From positions 1-43,178 of the forward strand of contig VFKF01000146.1 in the NCBI GenBank assembly GCA_009885705.1: a stretch of DNA of 43,178 nucleotides, read 5' to 3'. Positions within the stretch are counted from its first letter, which is position 1, and every line of letters begins with the position of its first letter. This stretch comes from Nitrospira sp. Its GTDB lineage: Bacteria; Nitrospirota; Nitrospiria; Nitrospirales; Nitrospiraceae. Below the pieces are notes generated by a model that had not been told where the DNA came from, made no database searches, and was given only the letters and a program-made list of their open reading frames with translations. Made by a program: the position numbers and the translations under genes. Below, piece by piece: positions 18,776 through 29,197 of this stretch.

Positions 18776-20620
18776 TCAGAGTGTTTCCACGAAACTGCGC
18801 AGCTTCTTGCTCCGACTTGGATGGCGCAGCTTACGCAAGGCCTTGGCCTCGATCTGCCGGATACGTTCGCGGGTGACTTCGAAATCCTGACCAACCTCTT
18901 CGAGGGTATGGTCGGTGGCTTCGCCGATGCCGAACCGCTTCCGCAAGACCTTCTCCTCACGAGGCGTGAGTGTCTCCAGAGCACTATTGATCTGGCGCTG
19001 GAGGTCATATCGGATCGCCGCCTCCAGAGGAGATACGGCCTTCTTGTCCTCGATAAAGTCGCCCAAATGGCTGTCTTCTTCCTCTCCGATCGGGGTCTCC
19101 AGCGAAATCGGCTCACGCGCAATCTTCAAAATCTTCCTGACTTTGTCCAGGGGCAAATCCATGCGGTCGGCAATTTCCTCAGGCGTCGGTTCACGACCGA
19201 GCTTCTGGACCAGATGGCGAGAGGTCCGAATCAACTTATTGATCGTCTCGATCATATGCACGGGGATACGGATCGTCCTGGCTTGATCGGCGATCGCACG
19301 AGTAATCGCCTGGCGGATCCACCATGTCGCATAGGTGCTGAACTTGTATCCGCGTTTGTACTCGAATTTATCGACCGCCTTCATCAGGCCGATATTGCCT
19401 TCCTGGATCAAGTCGAGGAACTGGAGACCGCGGTTCGTATACTTCTTGGCGATGCTGACCACGAGACGAAGATTCGCCTCCACCAGCTCGGCTTTCCCTC
19501 GCTTGACCTTTTCCTCCGCCACGTCCAGATGCTTCACCGCATCCTTAATCTCTTCCGCGGACACGAGCGCCTCTTCGGTCTCGAGCGTTCGAATCCGGCC
19601 CTTCGCCGCCTGATACACGTTTTTAATATCCTCAAGCGCTTCCTCGGTACAGCTCGTCTTGCGTTTGACCGCAAGAAAATCTTTCCGGTCTCGGCACAAC
19701 TTTTTCAGAGCCTCAGCTCCGGCCTCGCCGCTGATCCCAAGCCGGCGCTGACAACTGATAATCTCACGCTCCGCCGTGCGAATCTGGATCGCCAACTCCC
19801 GCACACGCTGCACCATCCGATCCTTCAACACCCCGTGCAGGTTGACGGACTCCATCTTCTCCACGACCTGATCGCGAATCGTATCGATCTGTTTTTTGAT
19901 CTTCTTCTGTTTCGCAGGATCGCTGTTGGCCGTCCGCGCCACTTCATAGAGACTCTTCAGCGAGGTCGAAATTTTCCGGACGGAGTTCAGTCCTTCGAGG
20001 GTCTTGACTCGAAGCTCTTCGTAGTCCCGCTGGATTTGTTCTTCCTCGATTTCTTCCTCGGTCTCGACGATCGGGACAATCTCACGCACATCGATGGTCC
20101 CGTTCTTGAGCTGATCGTACAATGCGAGGACAAACTCGATCGTCATCGGCATCCCATAGATGACCGACGCGATATTGTTCTTCCCCTCCTCGATGCGTTT
20201 GGCGATCTCGATTTCCCCCTCACGGCTCAAGAGCGCCACACTGCCCATCTCTTTGAGATAGAGTCTGACCGGATCGTCTGTCCGGCTGAGTGCGCCGGGA
20301 GTTAAATCGATTTCCTTCTCGTCCTTCTCATCTTTTTCTTCCTTTTCGTTTTCATCCCCGGCGCCGGATCCGGAGTCGGCCCCCTCGGCGTCATCGCTCA
20401 ACTCCTCGGCATCCCGGGCCTTTTTAATCCGCTCACCCTCCGGCGCATCGACGATCTCGATATCCATTTCGCCAAACATCGTCATGATGCTGCCGAATTG
20501 CTCGGAAGACACCACTTCCGCAGGCAACGTGCTATTCAACTCGTCGTACGTCAAAAAGCCCTTCTCTTTTCCGATCGCAATGAGCTTTTTTACTTCGCCG
20601 AGCAACTCTTGTTTCGCCAT
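18776..20620 (-). CDS. rpoD: RNA polymerase primary sigma factor (sigma-70)
   Basis: 614 aa with regions 1.1 to 4.2: an acidic spacer [15 protein letters not shown], then [27 protein letters not shown], then [28 protein letters not shown]. Confidence 0.97.
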   Translation of the reverse strand: MAKQELLGEVKKLIAIGKEKGFLTYDELNSTLPAEVVSSEQFGSIMTMFGEMDIEIVDAPEGERIKKARDAEELSDDAEGADSGSGAGDENEKEEKDEKDEKEIDLTPGALSRTDDPVRLYLKEMGSVALLSREGEIEIAKRIEEGKNNIASVIYGMPMTIEFVLALYDQLKNGTIDVREIVPIVETEEEIEEEQIQRDYEELRVKTLEGLNSVRKISTSLKSLYEVARTANSDPAKQKKIKKQIDTIRDQVVEKMESVNLHGVLKDRMVQRVRELAIQIRTAEREIISCQRRLGISGEAGAEALKKLCRDRKDFLAVKRKTSCTEEALEDIKNVYQAAKGRIRTLETEEALVSAEEIKDAVKHLDVAEEKVKRGKAELVEANLRLVVSIAKKYTNRGLQFLDLIQEGNIGLMKAVDKFEYKRGYKFSTYATWWIRQAITRAIADQARTIRIPVHMIETINKLIRTSRHLVQKLGREPTPEEIADRMDLPLDKVRKILKIAREPISLETPIGEEEDSHLGDFIEDKKAVSPLEAAIRYDLQRQINSALETLTPREEKVLRKRFGIGEATDHTLEEVGQDFEVTRERIRQIEAKALRKLRHPSRSKKLRSFVETL

Positions 20621-20622
20621 GA

Positions 20623-22470
20623 CTACTCCTTCACTAAGGACAATATCCCGGTTGCAGGCCGATTGGCCTTTTGCATGCTTAATTCATTCACTTGTGCATT
20701 CAGTATCCGCGCATCCTCTCCACGGCCCTCCCGCTCGGCAGCTTTGAGTCGCGCGGTCAAATCTCGAAACAGGGCCTCGGCCCGCTTCCGCTCCAAGGTC
20801 TCCAAACAGCCCGCAACGTGGGCCGGCACATCGTCAAAATGGTCTTCCCGCACGGACAACTCGGTCGCCAGCGACCCGCAATCCGGATGATCGGCCACGG
20901 CATCGAGCAGCAACCTGAGTCCAACTCGGCCATCCCGATCGAGATGGGTCAGCGCCGCCTCGACGAGGATCCGGCAGGCCGGAACCGAAAAGGCCTCGGG
21001 CCTCAGCCGTTGCACATCGGCAGCGGTCAAATGCCCGTGCAGCAGCAAATACACCAGATCCCGCTCTTCGCTCGCGCCCTTGAACATCGCCGGGGTCACG
21101 CCCGCCGATTGCACGGCCACCGGGCGCCGGCCCTCGGACTGCACCAGCGCTGGATACCGCTCGATCAATCGTTGCTGGCTAATCCCCAGTCGCTCGGCCA
21201 CCACACGAATCCGTTCCTCTCGTTCGATCGGATGCTCACTCTTTTGCAGAATCCGCAGCACATCGTCCACGCTACGGATTCGCCCTTCGATCGTACTGGA
21301 ATCGGTCGTACTCAAACTATGCTCGAGCGCAAAATCCAGGAGGCTCGGAGACTGCTCTTCCAGCCTCGCAAAGGCCTCAGGCCCTTCCTTCCGCACATAG
21401 GTATCGGGGTCCTCGCCTGCCGGCAGCGAGACAACTTTCACGCCAAGTCCGCTATTCACGAACAGATCGAGCCCCCGCAATGCAGCACGAACCCCGGCCT
21501 GATCCGGATCGAACAACAGGACGACCTTCGAAGCGAACCGCCTGAGCACCTGAATGTGCTCCGCCGTCAGTGCGGTTCCCAGCGTCGCCACCGTATGGGT
21601 CAATCCGGCTTGATGAAGGGCAACCGCATCAAAGTACCCTTCCACGACGATCACCGTCTTCAGCCTGGCTACGGCTTCACGCGCAAGGTCTAACGCGTAG
21701 AGTGTCTGCCCCTTCTTGAATAAGGGAGTATCCGGAGAGTTCAGGTATTTCGGAGTCCCCTCGCCAAGAATGCGGCCACCAAAACCGACAACCCGCTTGC
21801 GCAGATCCGTAATGGGGAACATCACACGGGCGCGAAACCGGTCATAGGACCCGGACGCCTGCTCTCTCGCCACCGTCAATCCCGCTGCGGCTAAATCACT
21901 CTGCGCAAATCCCTGTTGACTCAGCGCCTTGATGAGCCCGTCCCACTCAGACGGCGCGTAACCAATTTCAAACCGCTCGATTGTCCCAGCCTGAATGCCT
22001 CGGCTCGCCAGGTAATCCCGCGCCGTCGCGCCAGCCGATCCATTCCGTAAATTCTGCTGAAACCACGCCGTCACTGCCCGGTTTAGTGGCTCGAGACGGC
22101 TCATCTGTGCTGCCTGAGGCCCGGCATTCGGCCCGCTCTCGGGCACGACAATTCCACACTTCTGCCCAAGGTCACGGACCGTCTCGGGAAAATTCGCGCC
22201 GGTGATCCGCATCAAAAATGCAAACACGTTGCCGCCCGCACCACAGCCGAAACAATGAAAAATCTGGCGAGACGGGCTCACCGTAAAGGAAGGCGATTTT
22301 TCCTGATGGAAGGGACAGAGACCTTTCAGGTTCTGGCCGGCCCGAGTCAAACTCACGTGATGGCCAACCACCTCCGCGATATCGACCCGATCTCTGACTT
22401 GATTGATCACGTCTTCAGAAATCAGACCTCGGCCCACGGGAGTCGCAGCTCCTATTCCCCCACCTGGCAC
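20623..22470 (-). CDS. dnaG: DNA primase
   Basis: 615 aa with a zinc ribbon ([30 protein letters not shown]) and a TOPRIM domain ([13 protein letters not shown]). The start codon is uncertain by a few codons. The gene is immediately followed by rpoD, the classic dnaG-rpoD pairing. Confidence 0.95.
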   Translation of the reverse strand: MPGGGIGAATPVGRGLISEDVINQVRDRVDIAEVVGHHVSLTRAGQNLKGLCPFHQEKSPSFTVSPSRQIFHCFGCGAGGNVFAFLMRITGANFPETVRDLGQKCGIVVPESGPNAGPQAAQMSRLEPLNRAVTAWFQQNLRNGSAGATARDYLASRGIQAGTIERFEIGYAPSEWDGLIKALSQQGFAQSDLAAAGLTVAREQASGSYDRFRARVMFPITDLRKRVVGFGGRILGEGTPKYLNSPDTPLFKKGQTLYALDLAREAVARLKTVIVVEGYFDAVALHQAGLTHTVATLGTALTAEHIQVLRRFASKVVLLFDPDQAGVRAALRGLDLFVNSGLGVKVVSLPAGEDPDTYVRKEGPEAFARLEEQSPSLLDFALEHSLSTTDSSTIEGRIRSVDDVLRILQKSEHPIEREERIRVVAERLGISQQRLIERYPALVQSEGRRPVAVQSAGVTPAMFKGASEERDLVYLLLHGHLTAADVQRLRPEAFSVPACRILVEAALTHLDRDGRVGLRLLLDAVADHPDCGSLATELSVREDHFDDVPAHVAGCLETLERKRAEALFRDLTARLKAAEREGRGEDARILNAQVNELSMQKANRPATGILSLVKE

Positions 22471-22558
22471 CGGTGAGGACAGTAAACGTAAGTGGTCGTA
22501 AAATAGACCGTTCAGGGTAGCAGACGGGAAAGAAATCTGTCAACGTGGTGGAAACAGG

Positions 22559-22903
22559 CTAGCCAGGAGGCCAGGCAAGATGGCGCCCGCCTAACACATG
22601 AAGATGCAGATGAAACACACTCTGTCCGCCATGCGCACCGGTATTGACGACCAATCGGTACCCGGACTCGGTAATCCCCTTCAGTTTCGCGACCTTGTTA
22701 CCGGCCACCATCAAGCGCCCGAGCAGCTCGACATCTGAGTCTTGCAGTTCAGCAATCGAGGTCACGTGTTTTCTGGGAATGACGAGTGTATGCGTCGGCG
22801 CCTGGGGATTGATATCGTCGAACGCAACCACGAGATCATCCTCATACACGAGCGCGGCAGGAATGGTTCTCGCCACAATCTTGCAAAAGAGGCATTCGCT
22901 CAT
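22559..22903 (-). CDS. HIT (histidine triad) family nucleotide hydrolase
   Basis: 114 aa with CLFCKI and the HLHLHVLGG triad. Confidence 0.9.
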   Translation of the reverse strand: MSECLFCKIVARTIPAALVYEDDLVVAFDDINPQAPTHTLVIPRKHVTSIAELQDSDVELLGRLMVAGNKVAKLKGITESGYRLVVNTGAHGGQSVFHLHLHVLGGRHLAWPPG

Positions 22904-23553
22904 GAAGTTGGCTCCTTTCTCAAGCCAGACTTGCCAAACCGCGTCGCCAACTCTTGATAGACTTCCTGCGGCGTGATGCCATGGTGCCCCAAGGCTACTA
23001 ACGTATGGAATAACAGATCCGCTGTTTCGTAGACGATTTCCTCCTTCTTCCCACCCTTGCCGGCAATTGCCACCTCCCCTGCTTCCTCGACGACTTTCTT
23101 CAAAATACGATCGACCCCGCCTTGCAGCAACTTGGAGGTGTAGGACTCACTTGAGGGTTGCTGCTTCCGCTCTTGGATCATCTGGTAGAGGCGCTCAAGA
23201 ATCCCCCCCCAGGACTCCGACGTTTTCGTCTCGGGAGAATCCAGACGGGAAAAGAAGCAGGCCCGCTCACCCGTATGGCAGGTCGGACCGACTGGATCGA
23301 CCTTCAGAAGCAGGGCGTCGCCGTCACAATCGAAGAACAGATCCTTGAGCTGCAGCTTGTGCCCCGAGGTCTCACCCTTCTCCCATAATGCCTTGCGCGA
23401 ACGGCTCCAGAAATGCACCGACTTCGTGTCGAGGGTCTTTTGCAGCGACTCCCGGTTCATATAGGCCACCATCAGGACCGTGCCATCTCGCCAATCCTGT
23501 ACGACGGCCGGAATCAGCCCCTGCGCATTAAATTTTAATTGCCCTATATCCAT
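22900..23553 (-). CDS. hisIE: Bifunctional phosphoribosyl-AMP cyclohydrolase / phosphoribosyl-ATP pyrophosphatase
   Basis: 217 aa. The HisI part has WSRSRKALWEKGETSGH...CDGDALLLKV...GPTCHTG. The HisE part has SYTSKLL..G...ILKKVVEEAGEV...ADLLFHTLV. Confidence 0.93.
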   Translation of the reverse strand: MDIGQLKFNAQGLIPAVVQDWRDGTVLMVAYMNRESLQKTLDTKSVHFWSRSRKALWEKGETSGHKLQLKDLFFDCDGDALLLKVDPVGPTCHTGERACFFSRLDSPETKTSESWGGILERLYQMIQERKQQPSSESYTSKLLQGGVDRILKKVVEEAGEVAIAGKGGKKEEIVYETADLLFHTLVALGHHGITPQEVYQELATRFGKSGLRKEPTS

Positions 23554-24314
23554 TATCGAACCGCGACTCCCTTCTGACGAAGATAGGCTTTCGCTTCCGG
23601 AATCGTATGAGTCCGAAAATGGAAAATCGACGCAGCCAGGACCGCATCCGCCTTGCCTCTGACGAATCCATCATAGAGGTGGTCCAAATTCCCCACACCG
23701 CCCGACGCAATCACCGGAATCGAGACGGCCTCCGATACTGCAGACGTCAGCGCGAGGTCATACCCCTGCTGTTGCCCATCTTGATCCATACTCGTGAGCA
23801 AGATCTCACCGGCACCATACTGGGCCATCCTCTTCGCCCATTCAACGACATCGAGACCGGTCGACTTACGACCGCCATGAGTGAAGACTTCCCACCCTGC
23901 TGCCGGCGCGGCGCGATGTTTCGCATCGATCGCCACAACGATACATTGTGTCCCGAATCGCTCCGCCGCTTCCTTCACAAATTCTGGCCGTTGGACCGCC
24001 GCCGTATTAATGCTCACCTTATCAGCGCCGGCATTCAACAGGGCACGGATATCCTCAAGCGTTCGCACGCCTCCGCCAACGGTCAACGGCATAAATACCC
24101 GCGCCGCAGTCCGTTCGACCACATCGATGATCGTTTTGCGATTCTCATGGGAGGCCGTGATATCGAGGAAGCAGAGTTCGTCGGCACCCTCGCGATCGTA
24201 GGCCGTGGCGACTTCGACCGGATCTCCCGCATCGCGCAAATTCACAAAGCTCACGCCTTTCACGACGCGGCCGTCTTTGACATCGAGACAGGGGATGATC
24301 CGTTTGGTCAACAT
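23553..24314 (-). CDS. hisF: Imidazole glycerol phosphate synthase, cyclase subunit
   Basis: I start it at the ATG at 24314 ([20 protein letters not shown]). The 24 extra N-terminal codons in the ORF track translate a heptamer repeat and overlap hisA. Confidence 0.95.
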   Translation of the reverse strand: MLTKRIIPCLDVKDGRVVKGVSFVNLRDAGDPVEVATAYDREGADELCFLDITASHENRKTIIDVVERTAARVFMPLTVGGGVRTLEDIRALLNAGADKVSINTAAVQRPEFVKEAAERFGTQCIVVAIDAKHRAAPAAGWEVFTHGGRKSTGLDVVEWAKRMAQYGAGEILLTSMDQDGQQQGYDLALTSAVSEAVSIPVIASGGVGNLDHLYDGFVRGKADAVLAASIFHFRTHTIPEAKAYLRQKGVAVR

Positions 24315-24321
24315 GACAACT

Positions 24322-24353
24322 CGTGAAGCGTAAAACGTGAAACGTGAAACGAA
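24322..24353. repeat. Tandem heptamer CGTGAAA, about 4.5 copies, in the hisA-hisF spacer
   Basis: cgtgaag cgtaaaa cgtgaaa cgtgaaa cgaa is read directly from the plus strand. On the coding (minus) strand the unit is TTTCACG. It ends 8 nt upstream of the hisF ATG. Confidence 0.6.
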
Positions 24354-24372
24354 CATGCCAAAAAAGAAATCA

Positions 24373-25098
24373 TCACGCTTCACCAAGGGCCGCGAGAGCG
24401 GCCCGATAATCTAACTTGCCATCATAAAGCGCTTTCCCGACAATCGCCCCTTCAACTCGTGGTCCGAGCGCCTGTACGGCTCGCACGTCTTCAATGCGAG
24501 AAATCCCCCCGGACGCGATGACCGGGAAGGAGGACAACTCCACCACTTCCCGCAACGCTACCAGATTCGGTCCACCCAACATACCATCGCGAGCAATGTC
24601 CGTATAAATCACCGCCCCGAGGGCATGACCGGCCAACTCCTTGAGCAAATCGGTCGCTTTCGTCTCCGACACCGATGTCCAGCCCTTGACGGCCACCCTT
24701 CCATCCCGCGCATCCAGTCCCAAGAGAATCTGACGAGGGAACTCCGTGCAGGCCTTTTCCAAAAAAGACCGATCGGTCAATGCCGCAGTGCCGAGCACGA
24801 CCCTGCTCACACCTGCGCCGAGATAGCGGCGCACGGTTTCAATCGATCGGATCCCTCCCCCAACCTGCACCTTCACGCTCACGGTGCGAATGATCGCCTC
24901 GATCTGGGACAAATTGCGCGGCTCACCCTCCACCGCTCCGTTCAGATCCACCACATGGATCAGCGTCGCACCGCCTTGCTGCCATTGTCTCGCTACAGCC
25001 GGCACGTCGTCTGAATACACCGTCTCAGCCGCCATATCGCCTTGACGCAACCGCACACAACGGCCATCTTTTAAATCGATCGCAGGAATAATCAGCAT
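24373..25098 (-). CDS. hisA: 1-(5-phosphoribosyl)-5-[(5-phosphoribosylamino)methylideneamino]imidazole-4-carboxamide isomerase
   Basis: 241 aa with [26 protein letters not shown] and VIASGGIS. Confidence 0.95.
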   Translation of the reverse strand: MLIIPAIDLKDGRCVRLRQGDMAAETVYSDDVPAVARQWQQGGATLIHVVDLNGAVEGEPRNLSQIEAIIRTVSVKVQVGGGIRSIETVRRYLGAGVSRVVLGTAALTDRSFLEKACTEFPRQILLGLDARDGRVAVKGWTSVSETKATDLLKELAGHALGAVIYTDIARDGMLGGPNLVALREVVELSSFPVIASGGISRIEDVRAVQALGPRVEGAIVGKALYDGKLDYRAALAALGEA

Positions 25099-25116
25099 GC
25101 CCTAAACCGTCCCTTG

Positions 25117-25851
25117 TTAACGTTCTTCTGCCGTTCCGAACGGAAATTCACGAAGCAGATGGTCGACCCCGTAGATCGCCAATTCCTCCGCTGTGACAAA
25201 CACCCCATGCCGCTGAATAAAACCCACGAAATCCTCCGTCATCGGCCGCTGCTTCTCGTAGTAATTCCCTTCCCACAGGATTTGCCCATCGGCGGCGATA
25301 ACCTTCGCTTCAAACCCCACCGTGGCCGGGGGGCTGGCACCAAAACGACCACCAACCCGCTCCTGATACACCAACACTTGACCGATCAGCGACGCATCGA
25401 CCTTGAGCTGTTTCGCCACGGTCATCGCCAGTGCCTGTCCAGTGGCAGATTGAGTCGTCGCCTGAGACGCCAGCGCTTTTGCTGCCTCACTCGGCGCAAG
25501 TACGGTCACACCCTGCCGAGACTTCAACCGGCTCCAGAATAGCTGTGTGACTGTCGCCCCGGCGCCAGCCGGCACGGTGACTGTTTGCCGAATAAGCTGT
25601 TCAGTATTCGGTGGTACCACAAGCGCCATATCGGAGCGGCGAGCTCCCTGAGGCGCGGAGAAGCCCTGATCGACAACATCCCTGACTTGTGGCGTCGCAA
25701 GCGTGGTGAACGGGATCAAGACAATTGTACGAATCTGATACCGCGGCAACTCCGCAGACGATTTCGTCGTGACTTTCGATCCACTGCAGCCGGCATCCGC
25801 CAACAGAGCCAGTCCCATCAACGCCATCGACCATTCCCGTTTGCTCATCAT
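25117..25851 (-). CDS. Lipoprotein of unknown function
   Basis: 244 aa with a signal peptide and lipobox (LALLADAGC). I recognise no catalytic motif. It is embedded between hisH and hisA. Confidence 0.7.
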   Translation of the reverse strand: MMSKREWSMALMGLALLADAGCSGSKVTTKSSAELPRYQIRTIVLIPFTTLATPQVRDVVDQGFSAPQGARRSDMALVVPPNTEQLIRQTVTVPAGAGATVTQLFWSRLKSRQGVTVLAPSEAAKALASQATTQSATGQALAMTVAKQLKVDASLIGQVLVYQERVGGRFGASPPATVGFEAKVIAADGQILWEGNYYEKQRPMTEDFVGFIQRHGVFVTAEELAIYGVDHLLREFPFGTAEER

Positions 25852-25853
25852 GC

Positions 25854-26462
25854 TTATTTCCAGGATCCAAAATTCTTGATCAGCCGTAACCCGACCGCCT
25901 GGCTCTTTTCAGGATGGAATTGGCAGGCCACAACATTGTCCCGCCAGATACTCGATACAAATGTCGTCCCGTAATCCGTCGTGGTTGCCGCAACGGCCTT
26001 GTCGGAAGGGTCGACATAAAATGAATGCACAAAATACCAGTACGACCCATCGGGAATCCCCTCGAACAGGGAACAGGGCCGCTCCATCATGACGTTGTTC
26101 CAACCCATGTGCGGCACCTTCATCCCCTGGTTGGCAGCAAACCGCCTGACCTTGCCGGGGATAATGCCGAGACCCTTGTGCGTACCAAACTCCTCACTTT
26201 CTTCAAACAACAATTGGAGCCCCAAACAGATACCCAAAAATGGTTTACCCGATTGAATCGCTGCGCGAATTGGCTCCGCCAACCCATACCCCTCAACATT
26301 GGCCATACAATCGCCAAAGGCTCCGACACCGGGCAAGACCACATGACTCGCATTTCCAATGACCTTTGAGTCACGCGTGACGACCACCTTATGCCCCACC
26401 GCCTCAAAGGCCTTGGAGACACTGCGGAGATTGCCCATGCCGTAATCGATGATCGCAATCAT
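25854..26462 (-). CDS. hisH: Imidazole glycerol phosphate synthase, glutamine amidotransferase subunit
   Basis: 202 aa with MIAIIDYGMGNLRSV, GICLGLQLL and FHPEKS. Confidence 0.95.
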   Translation of the reverse strand: MIAIIDYGMGNLRSVSKAFEAVGHKVVVTRDSKVIGNASHVVLPGVGAFGDCMANVEGYGLAEPIRAAIQSGKPFLGICLGLQLLFEESEEFGTHKGLGIIPGKVRRFAANQGMKVPHMGWNNVMMERPCSLFEGIPDGSYWYFVHSFYVDPSDKAVAATTTDYGTTFVSSIWRDNVVACQFHPEKSQAVGLRLIKNFGSWK

Positions 26463-26531
26463 AGGACCTGCCCACTGGTGGAAAGGACGTAACCATACCG
26501 CAACCAGGCTTGTCCTGCCACTCCTCTCTAT

Positions 26532-26572
26532 GAAAATAAAAAGGGGACAGGCAACCTATGGCCTGTCCCCTT
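26532..26572 (-). terminator. Intrinsic terminator-like hairpin between hisB and hisH
   Basis: The minus-strand RNA reads GGGGACAGGC-CAUAGGUU-GCCUGUCCCC followed by UUUUUAUUUU. It is a 10-bp perfect stem located 32 nt after the hisB stop. The plus-strand side has no T-tract. Confidence 0.7.
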
Positions 26573-26603
26573 GAGTCATTTAGCTCTATCAAACCGACGG
26601 GGG

Positions 26604-27212
26604 CTACAACATGCCCTTCGTGGACAGCACCTTGCCCGCCAATCGCTCTTCCGGCATCGTCGCTTGATCCAACGCCTTGGCGAGGCCTTTGAAGATCGCT
26701 TCCATGATGTGGTGCGGGTTGCGCCCGTATATCAGATTCACATGCAAGTTGAGCCCACCATGAGTCACAAACGCCTGAAAGAAGTCTTCGAACAGACCGA
26801 GATCGAACGTCTTGATCTTCCGATCAGGCAGATTCACGTTATAGACAAGATAGGGCCTGCCGCTAAGATCCACGGTGATCTGAGCCAGCGTTTCATCCAG
26901 CGGGAGCGAGGCAAAACCGAACCGCTTGATCCCGCCCTTCTCCCCCAATGCCTGATGCAGAGCCTTGCCCATCACAATACCAACATCCTCTACCGTATGA
27001 TGCTCATCGATGTCGATATCGCCCTTGGCCTTGACCGTCAGATCGAAAAATCCGTGCTTGGACAGCAGTTCCAGCATATGGTCGAAAAACCGGATACCGG
27101 TCTCGATCTTCCCTTGCCCGCTGCCGTCCAGACGCCAGTCCACATGGATATCCGTTTCTTTGGTCGCGCGATGAATGGATGCCTGCCTGGATGCCGATCC
27201 GTTCTTTTTCAT
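26604..27212 (-). CDS. hisB: Imidazoleglycerol-phosphate dehydratase
   Basis: 202 aa with [19 protein letters not shown] and [16 protein letters not shown]. Confidence 0.95.
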   Translation of the reverse strand: MKKNGSASRQASIHRATKETDIHVDWRLDGSGQGKIETGIRFFDHMLELLSKHGFFDLTVKAKGDIDIDEHHTVEDVGIVMGKALHQALGEKGGIKRFGFASLPLDETLAQITVDLSGRPYLVYNVNLPDRKIKTFDLGLFEDFFQAFVTHGGLNLHVNLIYGRNPHHIMEAIFKGLAKALDQATMPEERLAGKVLSTKGML

Positions 27213-28492
27213 GAAAACCTGCTTTGGGCTGATTTCGCGTGGGCGTCGAACCCTTCGATGTGTGCCAACCGAACGAGATGATCCTTCACCTTGCTCAGCT
27301 CCTCTTTCGTGTAATGAACGATATTGCTCACTTTGAGATAATCGTGGACAGACAGTGCCGAAAAGAAGCGCGCCGTCCCGCCGGTCGGCAACACGTGATT
27401 CGGACCGGCCACGTAATCCGCCACCGACGGAGGCGTGTACCGACCCAAAAAGAGCGCCCCCGCGTGACGGATTTTCTCTAAATAGTCGAACGGTTCATCG
27501 ACCGAGAGCGCCAAATGCTCCGGAGCAATCTCGTTGGCCACATCGATGGCTTCGTCCATGGTCGTGACCACAAACGCCACCGAATGGCGGGCAATGGACT
27601 TGGCAGCAATCTTTTCCCGTTGCAGCCCCTTCAGCTGAATGCCGATGAGTCGCACCACATCCTTCGCCAACTGTGCCGATGTCGTCACGAGATAGACCTG
27701 CGCATCTTCGTCATGCTCCGCTTCACAGAGGAGATCGGCCGCGACATGCGCCGGCTTGGCGTCGTCATCTGCGACGACGAGCAGTTCACTCGGACCGGCC
27801 ACCATATCGATCCCGACCGTGCCAAAGAGGAGTCGCTTGGCCGTCGCGACATAAATATTCCCGGGCCCCACGATTTTGTCGACCCGTTGAATTGTCTTGG
27901 TCCCGTACGCCATTGCACCGACGGCTTGCACGCCCCCGACGCGATAGATCTCCGTCACGCCGGCGATATCGGCGGCGACGAGCAAATAGGGATTGATCGG
28001 GCCTTTTTGTGGCGGCGTACACATCACCACGCGGGAGACGCCCGCCACTTTGGCTGGAATCGCACACATCAACACCGACGAGGGATAGACGGCCTTGCCG
28101 CCCGGCACATAGACCCCGACCGCATCGACCGGCGTGACCACCTGCCCAAGCGTCGCCTCGTTATCCTGATACATCCAGGTCTTGATGCGCTGGCGCTCAT
28201 GGAACGACGTAATCCGCTGGGCCGCAAACCGGAGTGCGTCGCCCTCTTCTTTTCGGATGTGGAAGTAGGCCTCTTTGATTTCCTCGGGGGTGACGCGCAG
28301 CTCCGTGGCTTTCATGGAGACGCGGTCGAACTGTTTCGTATAGCGGAGGACGGCCTTATCGCCGCCTCGCTCCACGGCTTGCAAGATCGATTTGACCGTC
28401 TTCTCGACGGCAGCCCCTTGCACACGGGCACGCGTCGTGACTTTTTTGAGTGCGGGGAGGAAGGCTCGCTCGGTGGAGGCCACGATCTTCAT
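27209..28492 (-). CDS. hisD: Histidinol dehydrogenase
   Basis: I start it at the ATG at 28492 (MKIVAST...), which overlaps the hisG TGA as ATGA. Motifs include [24 protein letters not shown] and AEHDEDAQ. The 61 extra codons in the ORF track lie inside hisG. Confidence 0.95.
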   Translation of the reverse strand: MKIVASTERAFLPALKKVTTRARVQGAAVEKTVKSILQAVERGGDKAVLRYTKQFDRVSMKATELRVTPEEIKEAYFHIRKEEGDALRFAAQRITSFHERQRIKTWMYQDNEATLGQVVTPVDAVGVYVPGGKAVYPSSVLMCAIPAKVAGVSRVVMCTPPQKGPINPYLLVAADIAGVTEIYRVGGVQAVGAMAYGTKTIQRVDKIVGPGNIYVATAKRLLFGTVGIDMVAGPSELLVVADDDAKPAHVAADLLCEAEHDEDAQVYLVTTSAQLAKDVVRLIGIQLKGLQREKIAAKSIARHSVAFVVTTMDEAIDVANEIAPEHLALSVDEPFDYLEKIRHAGALFLGRYTPPSVADYVAGPNHVLPTGGTARFFSALSVHDYLKVSNIVHYTKEELSKVKDHLVRLAHIEGFDAHAKSAQSRFS

Positions 28493-29193
28493 GTATGCGT
28501 CCGTTTGACCGTTCGACGTGCTCCACGCGAAGGCTTGCGAGGAGCGGCTGTTCGAGACCCGGTTGATGTACGACTGACGGCCCGGAGCTTGTGAATCAGC
28601 TCTGTGACCACCGCATGCTTCAGCTTCAGACTCGCTCGATTGACGACCAGCCGAGCCGTAGACTGCGCAATACACTCCACTTCGACGAGGTTATGCGCCT
28701 TCAACGTATTGCCGGTCTCGACCAGATCGACGATCCGATCGGCCAGACCAACCAACGGCGCCAGCTCAATCGAGCCGTACAACTTGATAATTTCGACCGG
28801 CACGCCGCGCTGATTGAAATACCGCTCGGTGATCTTGGGATACTTGGTCGCGACCCGAATTTTCGAAGACAGCCGATCCCGTGAGGCCAGTCCTTCGAGC
28901 GCAGCGACGGCGATTCTACACGCTCCGAATCCTAAATCCAATGGCTCATATACATCGCTATCCTGCTCCATCAACACATCTTTTCCGACAATTCCGACAT
29001 CCGCGGCGCCATATTCGACATAGGTCGGCACATCTGTCGGCCGCACGATGAGAAAGGTCATGCCGATCTCCGGACAGGGAAATACGAGCCGACGACTCTC
29101 GGTGGAAAGGCTGCCCATGGCGTAGCCCGCTCGACGAAACACGTCCAGCGTAAGGTCCAACATTTTCCCCTTCGACAAGGCAATTGTCAGCAT
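28489..29193 (-). CDS. hisG: ATP phosphoribosyltransferase, short (HisZ-dependent) form with a basic C-terminal tail
   Basis: I start it at the ATG at 29193 (MLTIALSKGKM...). Motifs include DVPTYVEYGAADVGIVGKD and DLVETGNTLKAHNL. The tail is [30 protein letters not shown]. Confidence 0.9.
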   Translation of the reverse strand: MLTIALSKGKMLDLTLDVFRRAGYAMGSLSTESRRLVFPCPEIGMTFLIVRPTDVPTYVEYGAADVGIVGKDVLMEQDSDVYEPLDLGFGACRIAVAALEGLASRDRLSSKIRVATKYPKITERYFNQRGVPVEIIKLYGSIELAPLVGLADRIVDLVETGNTLKAHNLVEVECIAQSTARLVVNRASLKLKHAVVTELIHKLRAVSRTSTGSRTAAPRKPSRGARRTVKRTHT

Positions 29194-29197
29194 GATA

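Noticed and set aside
18770-20305. A 511-aa plus-strand ORF. Similar long ORFs occur at 11764..12711, 12929..14050, 20692..21693, 27515..28594, 29702..30661 and 32887..34059.
   Set aside because: All lie antisense to well-recognised genes (rpoD, ilvC, ilvN/ilvB, dnaG, hisD, murA, rho). Their translations are Arg/Leu/His/Asp/Gln-rich with no motif I recognise. These are typical stop-poor shadow frames opposite strongly coding sequence, not overlapping genes.
28493-28675. Long N-terminal extensions in the ORF track for hisD. The same applies to hisG 29194..29367, hisF 24315..24386, prfA 32469..32510 and ilvB 15077..15094.
   Set aside because: The extensions overlap the upstream gene or a repeat, lack homology-like sequence, and have internal ATGs with ATGA coupling or a good Shine-Dalgarno. 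The shorter starts are used instead.
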